Source: Octopus vulgaris
Taxonomy: Eukaryota
Assembly (NCBI GenBank): GCA_951406725.2
Contig: OX597842.1
Coordinates: 2,418,001-2,482,000, forward strand
Reading direction: 5' to 3'
DNA length: 64,000 nucleotides
In this document: positions 13,150 through 28,264 of the stretch, piece by piece
How positions within the stretch are numbered: the first letter of the stretch is position 1
Layout of the letters: each line of letters starts with the position of its first letter
Notes under the pieces: model-generated
The model's database searches: none
The model's input: the letters and a program-made list of their open reading frames with translations, nothing else
Told to the model about the DNA's origin: nothing
Program-made: the position numbers and the translations under genes

Positions 13150-14000
13150 TGTTGTCATTTTTGATAATGATTCTTGGGAGGGGTTAGCAGTTTTTTTTCC
13201 AGGATCTGTTGCTGCTATTGCCAGTTATTATATTCGTAACTATAGCTGATTTTTAACAGTTGTAGAGATTTACTGTAACGATTATTAAGAAATTGCTGTT
13301 TTTCTCTTATAACTATCAATTTTCTATAAAAGTTTTTTAAGTAACTATTGCTGTTTTTCTTTATTTTCAAATTTTGCATAACTGTTTTCAGAAAATCATT
13401 GTTGTTTTGCCATATTCACCTCTAATTTTGTAATAACAGTTTCTCAGCAGTTATTGCTGTTTTTTAATTTTCAATTTTTTGGCATAACTGTTTTTTAGGA
13501 AATTGTTGTTTTGCCATATTCACCTCTAATTTTGTAATAGCAGTTTCTCAGCAGTTATTGCTGTTTTTTTTAATTTTCAAATTTACTAAAACAGTTTTGA
13601 AGCCATCATTATTGTTTCTTTTTCATTTTTAAACAGTTTTTATTATTTTTCTTTATGACTTTCAAATTCATTATTACAATTTTTTAGCATCTTTTCCCTA
13701 TTTATTCAAATTTACTAAAAAAAGTTTTTAAACAGCCTTTTTTTCTCTTTTCCAAATTCAAACATGTTAAAACAATTTTTTAATTATCGTTGCTAGGTTT
13801 TTCCCAATTTTATTCAAATGGTTTTGAAGCAATTTTTTCTGGGTTTTTTTTTAATTTTCAGAGTTGTTCCTTTTTTCCTTTTTATTTCTAAATTTGCTAA
13901 AGCAGACTTTAAGCAGTTGTTGCTGTTTTCTAAACTATTAATTTGTCGTAACAGTTTTTTAAAGAAACAGATACTGTTTTGGATTAACCATTGCGCATTT
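13150..14000. repeat. T-rich degenerate tandem region containing an approx. 105-bp direct repeat
   Basis: GTTTTGCCATATTCACCTCTAATTTTGTAAT... at about 13403 and 13508. Confidence 0.6.
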
Positions 14001-14401
14001 CAAAGTGACTTATTCTGTTTTATGTAGCTAGGACTCATTGTTTTTTCAAAAATCTGAATAGATTTTTTCTAAATGGCTATTGTGGCCCTTGCAGTTTCCT
14101 TGTAACAATTGTGGGCTCTGTGGTGGCCCCTTATCTGCTGGAGGGAAGAACAGGGTGGCCAAAAGCTTCTTTGATCAGATTGAGCAACAAGACTGACCAA
14201 TCTTCTTGCTAATACAAAGCATTTGGTTATTTTTTCTTTTTTTTTATCATTTTTCTTTGGAGTAATTTCTGCAGAAGGGAAAATAATTATGCGATACATA
14301 AACAAAGAGTGAAGACAGAGAGTTTGAGATTTCCAACATTGTTTGAAGAAATTTCAGAAGCTGAACAATTTTAGCAATATTGTGTGTATATGTGTGTGTG
14401 T

Positions 14402-14448
<47 letters not shown>

Positions 14449-14698
14449 ATTATTATTATTAGACAAGGATATTGTCAACAGTGACTTAGAAAATTCAACT
14501 AGCTAAGACACCATCATGCGATTGTCAACAACAATAATACTCTATAATGTATAGAGTAACCCATCAGGTTAATGTAAAATCGTCTTTTTTTGTAACTGAA
14601 TATTACAACAAACATTTATATATATATATTGGTAAAAACGGTAAGATAACAAAAGAAAGAAAGAGACGTCAATATTATGTAAATAGAGGAAATTTATC

Positions 14699-14852
14699 TA
14701 TAAAATAATATGTTACAATTATTCAATAGTCAAGATAAAACTCTGAGTTTCAGATGGCCAGATAACCGAAGAGATGGTGTTGTTTCCACTTCGCCATCTG
14801 AAACTCAGAGTTTTATCTTGACTATTGAATAATTGTAACATATTATTTTATA
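14699..14852. mobile_element. Foldback element (60-bp arms) carrying a hammerhead
   Basis: Arms 14699-14758 and 14793-14852 are reverse complements; (TA)n follows. Confidence 0.75.
14760..14818 (+). ncRNA. Type-I hammerhead ribozyme (CCGAAGA core variant)
   Basis: AGATAA-CCGAAGA-GATGGTG...CGCCATCT-GAAA-CTC A GAG-TT-TTATCT. Confidence 0.6.
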
Positions 14853-14868
14853 TATATATATATATATA

Positions 14869-15107
14869 TGGGCTGGACACGTCGCCCGGCTCACCGATAA
14901 TCGGTGGACGCACGCAGTTGTCGAATGGTACCCATGTGAGCGGAAAAGACCACCCGGAAGACCTCCACGACGGTGGAGTTGCGATTTCAGGAGGACGATT
15001 GGGATCACGTGGATGAGAAAGGTGGGATCCAGAGAGGAGTGGACAGCGTGCTGTGACCAGCGGTGTCAAATGGACGCCTGACAGACTGGTCGGTCAAGGT
15101 GATCAAA

Positions 15108-15111
<4 letters not shown>
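14869..15111 (+). mobile_element. 5'-truncated RTE-clade LINE (ORF2 C-terminus and tail) inserted in (TA)n
   Basis: WAGHVARLTDNRWTHAVVEWYPCERKRPPGRPPRRWSCDF...W, stop at 15079-15081, tail TCAAGGTGATCAAAGTGA; CpG-rich. Confidence 0.85.
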
Positions 15112-15161
<50 letters not shown>

Positions 15162-15687
15162 AACATTAATGTGTGTGTATGTATATATATATGTGTGTGT
15201 GTGTGTGTATGTATATAATTTGATATTTTGTTGAATTTACCTGTAATTCGATTCACTTTGAGACCAAAACTATGAAAAAAATTTGGTTAAGAGACTTTTG
15301 TAATATTATGTCCAAAAATGACATTAATATGTTGATAAATAAAAAAGTTTGAGTTGTTTCATGAAACCACTCTAAATTCATGATTATTTTACAATTTAAT
15401 TGAAACACATAAGACATGTATTTTGGTTAGAAATATTGTAACCAAAAGGTTAATTCATGGTGATTTTTGCTTAAGCTGTTTGCTCTTCATTGGGAATAGA
15501 CCATCATAGGTCCATGTCTATTGTTCTTAACTCTGAGCTGTGTTCCTGCTTTGCTCCAGTTGAATCTCTGTTTTCTCCACTCTGCCTTGATATATGCTAT
15601 GTCCAGTTATTTGTAAAGTGACCTCTCTTCCACCTCCTTTATAGATTTCTGGTCAGGGCCTGACATGTTTCGTCATTTATTTAAACA

Positions 15688-15931
15688 ACTAGCAGTATCG
15701 CCTAGCGTTGCTCAGTCAAAAAATTGTAAAAAATAGGGATTTTCATAGAAAAAAAAGCACCTTTTTGATGTAAATAATTTTTGGTCTTAACATGGTCCGA
15801 TTTGAATTTTTTCTTCTACGGAAGAAAGAGCAAGCCTTCTTCTATCATACTCTCAATTTTGGTCAACTTGTTAGTTGAAGGCTACCAAACCTGCCATACA
15901 CAGACAACTTCAGCTTTATATATAGAGAGAT
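15688..15931 (-). mobile_element. Non-autonomous Helitron-type element
   Basis: Minus strand begins TCTCTCTATATATAAAG and ends with a degraded GC-rich hairpin then CTAG-T; shares its end with 57656. Confidence 0.6.
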
Positions 15932-16393
15932 ATGTACTTGTATGCACAACACTGTGTGAATCTGAGTGACTCAAAAGAGATTTAAATATCAGAAAGCCTA
16001 GCTGTGAGAGAATTATAAGAAAGTAAATATATCTCTTTTATGCTTTTGATGTATGATACAAAAAAAAAGCTGTATGGGAGATTTGTAGCCTACCATTTTA
16101 TAGTTTGTTGACCACATGGAATTTCCAAGGCAAAATTATACTAATTAATCTATCTACTAAAGTGATAGTCTAATCATTACTGATTTTCTTCATGTATATC
16201 CCTTATCCTGAAGCCTTAGCAGCGGTCAATTCCTGGCCAATATGCTACTGTGATTGACATAATCAGAAGAGGCCTTAGCATGGCTGTCTTCCTTCTTAAC
16301 TTCAGCCAGCAGGTCTTGACTGTGAGAACAGTAAGCGCCCCACAGAAAAACTCACTTCCCATTTGAGGGAGGTAAATCTCTAGTCTGATCAGT

Positions 16394-16604
16394 ATACAAG
16401 GGGCTGCTGAAAAGTTCCTGGCTTTGGGCAAAAGAAAATACAAGAGGATCAATTAATTATGATTTTATTCAACATATCCCCCTCTCAGATTCACACAATT
16501 TTTACAGCAGTCGTTCAGTTTTTCTGAGCCCTGTAAAAGAACTCGGAAGGCTAGATCTCAATCAGGCCTTTCGCAGTACCCTTAAAGCCAGGAACTTTTG
16601 AGCA
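16394..16604. mobile_element. mariner-type MITE
   Basis: TIRs TGCTGAAAAGTTCCTGGCTTT / AAAGCCAGGAACTTTTGAGCA. Confidence 0.65.
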
Positions 16605-16675
16605 TATATATATATATATACATATAGAACGCCCCTACACGCAATTTTTTTCTCTCCTTGTTTCTTTTCTGTGTA

Positions 16676-16713
16676 TCTTTCTGTCGAAGAGCGTAGGCTC
16701 GAAACGTAAAAGA
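16676..16713 (+). ncRNA. Minimal hammerhead-like motif with 8-nt core in a Penelope-like remnant (16630-16810)
   Basis: TCTTT-CTGTCGAA-GAGC GTAG GCTC-GAAA-CG-TA-AAAGA; homologues at 6325(+), 51390(-) and 52589(-). Confidence 0.55.
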
Positions 16714-16884
16714 CTTGTTTTATTTCTATTCCTGAGCGCCATACTAATACATTGTTTGTTTGTACTCGACCTGCCTTCGTCTTTTGTTTATTTTCGCAAA
16801 CCTTCCCGTTATATATACATATATATACATATATATATATATATAATTTCCAGGGTTCAGGAGAATATATATTTATATACTGTT

Positions 16885-17025
16885 GTGTCTGGGGAGAGTC
16901 ATTTTCTTTTTGTGCTTTTAATGTAACATACTCACAGGAAAATAAAAATAAGAAATAAGTGGAAATTTTACCTGTGAGTGTGTTACATTATAAGGCACAA
17001 AAAGAAAATGACTCTCCCCAGACGC
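16885..17025. repeat. Inverted repeat (about 57-bp arms)
   Basis: GTCTGGGGAGAGTCATTTTCTTTT ... AAAAGAAAATGACTCTCCCCAGAC. Confidence 0.75.
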
Positions 17026-17102
17026 AACAGAATATGCTTCAACACAAGAACTCATATAAAGAATCTTGCAAGCCAAATCCAAAAACGAAATATATATATA
17101 TG

Positions 17103-17399
17103 TATTATTTAATAAACACAATATATGTATTTATGCGCTATCTATTACTTTCATGCCAGACAGTGTTTGTTGTCCTAGCACAACCATCAGGCACTGCCCA
17201 CGTGGCATAATGAACTAAAAATGGGATGATAGGATAAGAGAAAAAGTAAGAAAAAGCAAGTAGTTTGTTATGCAATGTGGACAGTGCCTGATGATTGTGC
17301 TGGGGCACAAGACATGTTAAAAAATACTTTCTGACATGTTATAAAAACATGAAACTAATAGCATCACATAAATACATATATTGTGTTTATTAAACAATA
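17103..17399. mobile_element. Diverged foldback element with hammerhead-like cores
   Basis: Outer arms TTTAATAAACACAATATATGTATTTATG and its reverse complement; CTGATGA-TTGTGC TGGG GCACAA at 17288-17310, mirrored at about 17160-17200. Confidence 0.6.
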
Positions 17400-17485
17400 T
17401 TTATCTCTCACCAGATGGAGTGTACTTTTTTTTTTTGTTGATCTTACCATCACAGAACTGTACACAGTATATATATATATATATA

Positions 17486-18145
17486 TTGGGTTGTCCGGCA
17501 AGTTCATGCCGATTTTTAAAAGAAAGAAAAAGGTCAATAAATACTTGCCTTTACATTTTTAATCAACCAAATATGAGCCATTTTGTTGCACAATGCATCT
17601 CCATCTTTCCTTTAACTCGAAAATACCCTCTTCCCAGAATTGAGGTGGTTTCATGGCAAAGAATTCATCAAGGTATCTTTTTACGTCATCCAAGGAATAG
17701 AAATTTTTACCATTAGGACTATTCTGCAGAGACCTGAATAAGTGGAAATCCGAAGGAGCAATATCTGGTGAATATGGAGGGTGGGGTAACACATCCCAGC
17801 CGAGCTGCAGCAATTTTTGTCTGGTTCCCAAAGCATCAAGTGCCGAAAGTGAACTTTCTTATCTTCCATTTTAAAGGGTTACATAATTAACACAGGTTAT
17901 AGGAACATAAACCTGTCTGGTTCCCAAAGCATCAAGTGCCGAAAATGAACCTACTTATCTTCCATTTTAAAGGGTTACAGAATTAACACAGGTTATAGGA
18001 GCATAAACCTTCTTCCATGAAAAGATAGCTTAAACTGTGCTCTAAATGGAGGTGTAGTCAAATCCTATTTTATGGACTCAAATGTTTTCTAAAATAAGTC
18101 AAAAGATAAACTACTATAAATCGGCACAAACTTTCTGGACAACCT

Positions 18146-18147
<2 letters not shown>
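17486..18147 (-). mobile_element. Internally deleted mariner transposon
   Basis: TIRs TTGGGTTGTCCGGCAAGTTCATGCCGATTT / AAATCGGCACAAACTTTCTGGACAACCTAA in TA context; transposase C-terminus GWDVLPHPPYSPDIAPSDFHLFRSLQN...RWRCIVQQNGSY (17559-17822) fused to the N-terminus MEDKKVHFRHLML. Confidence 0.92.
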
Positions 18148-18180
<33 letters not shown>

Positions 18181-18185
<5 letters not shown>

Positions 18186-18570
18186 TCAGGTCAGGGATCT
18201 CTTCACAGGCTGTAACTGGTACCATGTAAACCAGTCTTACATGTTTGATGGTCAAGTGGTCAGCAACTAAATCATCCCCCCACCCCCTTGAGTAGCTTGT
18301 TCTTCTTGTGAGGAAGGTGTCTGGACATGCTGTGGGACTAAAAGCAAAACCCTTATCAGAGGGTGGATGAACTCCTTGTGGGTCAGTGGCCATCCAGTTG
18401 GGGGAAGGTAATGGCAAACCACCCCAGTATCTCTGCCAAGAAAACACCAAGAGACGTTGTGAACCAAGTAACTCTATGGCTTCCTCTGATGAGTGAACTC
18501 AGATTTAATTGGGAAGGCTTCCGTTGGGGTGTCGTCATCGTGCCGCAATAGCATACAGTTCATGATGACG
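18181..18570 (+). mobile_element. RTE-related retroposon fragment
   Basis: GGAAGGTAATGGCAAACCACCCCAGTATCTCTGCCAAGAAAAC resembles the RTE/BovA-type terminal motif. Confidence 0.45.
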
Positions 18571-18699
18571 ATGACAAATCTAAGCAACGCTCTAACGACT
18601 TTGCTAATTGGCTGGTTTAGAAAGTCGTTTGTGGATGGCTGGAGTTTTGGTTGGTTTGTAGTGTGGGTCTTTATGAAAAAGAGAGAGGAAGAGAGAGAG

Positions 18700-21160
<2,461 letters not shown>

Positions 21161-21406
21161 TTCCAAGTTCAAAAGGAAAAATAATTTAATTCTCTAGTGA
21201 TGTAATCCGAGGTATATTAATTGAATTTATCTCGCCGACCCTCCCATGCCCACTCCCTTTTATTCTCGAGTTGTGTAGATTAAGGGGTCAGTAAGCTGGG
21301 GCACCAATAGCTATTGAGGCGCTGAGAGGTGAGGGAATGGTGCCCTGATAATGCTATGTATATATGTGTGTATATATGTGTGTGTATGTATACATGCGTT
21401 TGTGTT

Positions 21407-21437
<31 letters not shown>

Positions 21438-21559
21438 GTGTGTATATGTGTGTTTATACATGTTTATGTGTCTGTATATGTGTATGTATATTTGTACATA
21501 TAATACTTTTTATACATATATGTATATATACATAGATACTTTATTTGTATATAAACACA

Positions 21560-21597
<38 letters not shown>

Positions 21598-22089
21598 CAT
21601 ATATTTACACACACACATTTATACATATATATATATAAATGTATATTTATGTTTAAATATATGCATGCATATATATATATATATATACACACACACATAC
21701 ACATGTATGTATATGTGTGTGTATATATATATATATACACACGCACTGTCAGAAAGAGAGACAGGGATATACCTTAAATGATGATGATATATATACATAT
21801 ACATTCATATATATATACACACACTCATATAAACATACACATACATACACATATTTATACACACACATTTCCTTACATAAACATACAGATATACATACAC
21901 ATACATATATTGTAGTGATTTCCTTTTACTTCAGTTTATACATACATATGTATGTATATATATGTATATACTCATATATACACACACGTATATTCTTATT
22001 TGTCTTTTCATTGTTGTTCTTCCCATTTTTGTATTTTCATTTTTATTCATCTTTTAATTCAGTTTCAAGTAAATTTAATTACAGATTAA

Positions 22090-22445
<356 letters not shown>

Positions 22446-23504
22446 CTAACTAAATTACATTTGATATTTTCACGGGATACAAAAACAGGATTAAATATTT
22501 ATATTCTTTTTCTTTGTCTCTTTCTTCTCATGTTTTCACTGTTGTTTGCGTTGTTGTTGTTGTTGTTGTGGTGGTATGGTGGTGGCAATGGTGGTGGCAA
22601 TGGTAATGGTGGTGGTGGTGGTGGTGGAACGAGTCTATACTTTGTTGTTAATTGCTTCTAATTGTTGGTGTTACTGATCCAAGGATATCTCACAACAGCT
22701 GTGGCATACTAGCGATGAGCAAGATATACGTGTGTGTGTGTGTGTGTTTCAATGTTTGTGTTTTACACACACTCACACACACATATATACATACATATAT
22801 ATATATATATATACGTGTTTGTGTGTGAATTAGCATTTGTTTACATGTCAAGATATATATATTATATAAAAAAAGACAATCTCTGATTAAAACGAAGAAT
22901 TGCTCGGGACTTTTTTAGTAGAGTACATGGTACATGTTTATTAAATGTTTAAGAGTACAGGGGTGACGTGTATGTGTGTGTCTGTGTCTGTGTCTGTGTT
23001 TGAAGGTGCGTGGCTTATTGGTTAAGGCGTTACACTCATGATCGTTAGGTTGTGGTTTCAATTCCTTGATGGGACAGTGCATTAGGTTCTTGAGCATAAC
23101 ACTTTTTGGCATTTCTGCAGTCTAATGACTGAAACGTGTAAAAAATAAAACATCATCATCATCATCATCATCATTTAACGTCCGCTTTCCATGCTGGCAT
23201 GGGTTGGACGGTTTCACTGGAACTGGTAAGCTGGAGAGCTGCACCAGGTTCCAGTCTGATCTAGCAGGGTTTCTACTGCTGGATGCCTTTCCTAATGCCA
23301 ACCACTCCAAGAGTGTAATGGGTGCTTTTTACGTGCCACTGGCACAGTTGCCATTTACTTGACGCTAGCAACAGCCACAACTACAATTTCACTTGGCTTG
23401 ATGGGGTCTTCTCAAGCACAGAATATCACCAAAGGTATCGGTCAGTTGCATTGCATGTTGAGGCCCAAGATCATGCTATCGACAATTGCATATTTATATA
23501 TATA

Positions 23505-23737
23505 TTTCTTTACTACCCACAAGGGGCTAAACACAGAGAGGACAAACAACGACAGACAAACAGATAAAGTCGATTACATGGACCCCAGTGCGTAACTGGT
23601 ACTTAATTTATCGACCCCGAAAGGATGAAAGCCAAAGTCGACCTCGGCGGAATTTGAACCCAGAACACTTAACGGCAGACGAAATACGGCTACGCATTTC
23701 ACCCGGTGTGCTAACGTTTCTGCCAGCTCGCCACCCT
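23505..23737 (-). mobile_element. SINE family B
   Basis: Reverse complement of GGCGAGCTGGCAGAAACGTTAGCAC...TTTCATCCTTTCGGGGTCGATAAATTAAGTACCAG. Confidence 0.8.
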
Positions 23738-23936
23738 TATATATAGGCATGTCGCTACCACGTGAAAAGCACCCAGTACACTCTGTAAAGTGGTTGGTGT
23801 TAGGAAGGGCATCCAGCTGTAGAAACCATACCAAACCGACAATTAGTGCCTAGTACAGCTCATCGGCTTGTCAGCTTCTGTTAAACTGACCAACCCATCT
23901 CAGCATGGAAAATGGACATTACATGAGGATGATGAT

Positions 23937-24310
23937 GGCTGTGTGGTAAGTTTTTTGCTTATGAACCACATGGTTCTGGGTTCAGTTCCACTACATGGCA
24001 CTTTGGGCAAGTGCCTTCTACTATAGCCTCAGGCCAACCAAAGCCTTGTGAGTGGAGTTGGCAGACAGAAAATGAAAGAAGCCCATCATATATATATGCG
24101 TGTGTGTATGTTTGTGTATCTGTTTGTCCCCCAACCATCGCTTGACAACTAATGGTTTGTTTACATCCCCATCGCATAGTGGTTCAGTAAAAGAGACTGA
24201 TTGATTAAGTACTAGACTTACAAAGAACAAGTTGTGAGGTTAATTTTCTTAACTAAAAGGCAGTGCTCCAGCATGGCCACAGTCAAATGACTGAAAAACA
24301 AATAAAAGAA
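23937..24310 (+). mobile_element. SINE family A
   Basis: Head, body and tail recognisable. Confidence 0.8.
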
Positions 24311-24349
24311 TATATATACATCTGTACGATTGTGTATAGAAGACTATAG

Positions 24350-24763
24350 TAATCAATGAAATTTCCACACAGTCTGATTTTCACATTTTATTGTTTACAA
24401 TTTTCATAATTTTAAAATATAATAATAGAATATCATATATTTATTGTGATAAAACTAGTACTTTCATACATTATGCAATCCTCAGGTTTATATACTAATA
24501 GTGGCAGTCATGTCCCACCACAATTGACATGAACCTATCAGAAGGTATTTATAGGAGAAATTTAATCATTTCACTACAGTTGTCAGTTGTGGAACACAAC
24601 TGTCACTACTACTGCTACATAAACCTGAGGATTGCCTAATCCATGAAAGTACTAGTCTTATCACAGGAAATATATAAAATTGCATTATTATAATATTGTA
24701 AAATTGTAAAAATTGTAGTCAATTAAACAGGAAAATCAGACTATGTTGAACATTCATTAATTA
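24350..24763. mobile_element. Foldback element with a hammerhead in each arm (24451-24490 on -, 24620-24660 on +)
   Basis: Minus arm reads AAAC-CTGAGGA-TTGC ATAAT GTAT-GAAA-GTAC-TA-GTTT; the plus arm is a diverged copy. Confidence 0.65.
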
Positions 24764-24971
24764 AGATATATATAATTGTTAAAGAGGACAACAAATATTA
24801 AGGCAAGGCAAATATTTCAAGTCATATACATTATTATTACTGGAAAAAAATCCAAAGTCTTACAGCTGTATCTGGGATATCCCAGTGTATGGGATATAAC
24901 CTTGGAACACTTACCTAGTGTACTTAATCGTTTAGATCACCTGTGAACTAAACCCCCATACTTTGTATGTA

Positions 24972-25575
24972 TCATCATCATCCTCATCATCGTTTAAAAT
25001 CTGCTTTCCATGCTAGCATGGGTTGGACGATTTGACTGAGGACTGGTGAGCCAGATGGCTGCACCAGGCTCCAATCTGATCTGGCAGAGTTTCTACAGCT
25101 GAATGTCCTTCCTAACACCAACCACTCTGAGAGTGTAGTGGGTACTTTTACATCCCACCGGCACAAAGGCCAATCAGGTGGTACTGGCAACAGTCACGTT
25201 CAAATGGTGTTTTTTACGTGCCACCTGCACAGGGGCCAGTCCAGCAGCATGGGAAACAACCTCACTCAAATGTTTTTATATGTGCCAGCGGCAGAAGTGC
25301 CAGTAAGGCGACACTGGTAACGATCACGCTCAAATGGTGCTTTTTACGTGCCACTGGCACGGAAGCCAGTCAGCTGCTCTGGCAACGATCACGCTCGGAT
25401 GGTGCTTTTAGCGCTCCTTTAGCACGGATGCCAGTCATCGGATTTGATTTCGATTTCACTTGCCTCAACAGGTTTTTGCAAGCAGAGTTTAGTGTCCAAT
25501 GAAGGAAAGGTATGCATAAGTGGGCTGGTTACACCCCTGGCATAGGCTACGTGTTATGGTCTCACTTGGCTTGTA
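24972..25575 (-). mobile_element. Retroposon family C with internal tandem units; part repeated at 25830-26000
   Basis: GGATGCCAGTCATCG...GCATAAGTGGGCTGGTTACACCCCTGGCATAGGC occurs twice. Confidence 0.7.
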
Positions 25576-25595
25576 TATATATATATATATATATG

Positions 25596-25775
25596 CATAG
25601 TCTGATCAATAAGTATTTGAACTGTTGACATAGTAACACACCTTCCTTCCAAGCACTGCTGTAAACTGGAAACTTAGTGTGTATGCAGAGCAGAGTTCAA
25701 GGTCAATTTTTGCCCAGCAGCTTCCCTCTGCATTACTATGGCAACAGTCTGGATATTTACTGACCAAACCTCATG
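25596..25775. mobile_element. Degenerate mariner-type MITE
   Basis: GTCTGATCAATAAGTATTTGAACTGTTG versus CAACAGTCTGGATATTTACTGACCAAAC. Confidence 0.5.
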
Positions 25776-26809
25776 TGTATATATATAGAGAGATAGATAT
25801 ACAGACAGACAGACAAATGTATACATCACTAGCTCCACTAGCCTGGATGCCAGTCATCGAATTTGAATTCAATTTCGATTTCACTTGCCTCAACAGGTCC
25901 TCGCAAGCAGAGTTTAGTGTCCAACGAAGGAAAGATATGCATAAGTGGGCTGGTTACACCCCTGGCATAGGCCAGAAGGTTATGGTTTCACTTGGCTTTT
26001 CTGTAGGTGACTTCTATTGCCACCCATCACCTACTCTTCCCTTTGTTCACCTCTTTAAATACCCGTCACTCACCTGACATTCTATCTGCTGTCATTGCCC
26101 ACTCCCATCTATTCCCATCCTTGGTCACCTTTGCAAAAGTATACATCCCAATTTACTGCATACACTGTACGCACAGTGTCCAAGGCGCTTTGTCATGTTT
26201 TAGTCCCTCAGCAGAAAGTGCTCCCTCTCTTTGCATCCTGTGAGCATGAGACCCCCGCTCTTTAGTGCTAACAACAGGAAACATGCACCCTAAATACACT
26301 GTGCAGGAGGATGGCAAATGTGCAGAGACAGTGTAAAGCTGTGAGGTCCCTCTAGCTCTGTCTTGTCAAAGGTTTTTCTCCTTCTCTGATGCTGGGGCAC
26401 TCTGTAATAGGAAGGACATTGGTTGATGTCATGCCAAGTGACACATATAAGGACCAGTCTTTAGAAACAGCTGATTAGCTCATGCTCGCTAGTAGAATGA
26501 TGATTGTGGTGATGATAAATAATGATGGAGTTGTTGTTGTTGATGGTGGTGATGATGATGATGATTATGGTGATGGTGGTGGTCATCATCATCATCATCA
26601 TCGTTTAACATCCGTTTTCCGCGCTAGCACGGGTTGGACGGTTCGACCGGGGTCTGGGAAGCCAGGGGCTGCACCAGGCTCCAGTCTGATCTGGCAGAGT
26701 TTCTACAGCTGGATGCCCTTCCTAACGCCAACCACTCCGCGATTTTATGATAATGATGATCATGGTGATGGTGGTGGTGATGATGATGGTGATGATAGTG
26801 ACGTGTGTG

Positions 26810-27295
26810 TTAAGGTACATGGCCTAATGTTTTGGGTGTTTGGCTCATGATCAGAAGGTCAGGAGTTTGATTCCTGGCAGCACTTCGTGTCCTTGAGCAA
26901 GATACTTTACTTCATGCTGTTCCTGCTCACTCAGCTGGCAAAAGTGAGTAGCACCCGTAATTCAAAGGGTCACATTCTATGTCAGCATACATGTGTCTGT
27001 GGAGTGCTCGGCCACTTGGACATTAATTTTATGAACAGGCCATTCCATTGATCAGATTAACTAGAAACCTTGTCGTCATAACTGACCAAGTGCCTGTGTC
27101 CTTGAGCAAGACTTTTAATTTCACATCAATCCATTTCATTTATCTGACAAAAATGAGTAATACCTGTAATTCAAATGAACCAGGTTTGTCATATTCTGTC
27201 TCATGCTGAATCTCCCTGAGAAATACATTAAGGGTATACATGTTCTGTGGAGTACTCAGCCACTTGCATATTAACTTCACAAGCAGGTTGTTCCA
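26810..27295 (+). mobile_element. tRNA-derived SINE family F with partial duplication (related copies at 42080-42650)
   Basis: GTCCTTGAGCAAGA(T/C)ACTTTA core followed by GTGGAGTACTCAGCCACTTG. Confidence 0.6.
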
Positions 27296-27407
27296 ATTTG
27301 ACTTGGTGCAGCTTCCTGGCTTGCCAGTCCTCAGTCAAACTGTCCAACCCATGCCAGCTGGGAAAACGGATGTTAAACGATGATGATGATGATAATGAAG
27401 GAAAATA

Positions 27408-27566
27408 GGTGAGTGGCTGTGTGGTAAGTAGCTTGTTTACCAACCACATGGATCCGGGTTCAGTCCCACTGTGTGGCACCTTGGGCAAGTGTTTTCTACT
27501 ATAGCCTCGGGCCGACCAAAGCCTTGTGAGTGGATTTGGTTGACGGAAACTGAAAGAAGCCCGTCG

Positions 27567-27659
<93 letters not shown>

Positions 27660-27790
27660 ATATGTTTGTGTGTCTGTGTTTGTCCCCCTAGCATTGCTTG
27701 ACAACCGATGCCGGTGTGTTTATGTCCCCGTTACTTAGCGGTTCGGCAAAAGAGACCGATAGAATAACTACTGGACTTACAAAAGAATAA
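27408..27790 (+). mobile_element. SINE family A (3' truncated)
   Basis: Match to the other copies. Confidence 0.8.
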
Positions 27791-27951
27791 GATTAAATTA
27801 GAGATAAAACTACTATTAGGCAAATCAAACAGTGAAAAACATAATAGTGGTTTTATCTCTACTTTAATTTTTATTTATACTGTAAAATTAGATTTAATCC
27901 TAAATCTAATTTTTCCCTGTAAGTTTGGATTTACTCCCTAATATTATTATG

Positions 27952-28001
<50 letters not shown>

Positions 28002-28264
28002 TATATGTATATAGATTATATATGTATATATATATATATATATATACATGTATTTATGTTTGCGTGTCTGTGTTTATTCCTCACCACTGCTTCGCAACTG
28101 GTGTTGGTGTGTTTATGTCCCTGTAACTTAGTGTTTTAGAAAAAAAGAAACAGATGAAATAAGTACGAAGGTTTGATTTCTTTGACTGAAAAATTCTTCA
28201 AAGCAGTGCTCCAGCGAGGTCGCAGTCCAACGACAGAAACATGGTAAAGCTAAAAGATATAGAC

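Noticed and set aside
14095-14196. Phase-0 acceptor followed by FPCNNCGLCGG...stop as next exon of the PG-repeat gene
   Set aside because: Weak pyrimidine tract and no family resemblance
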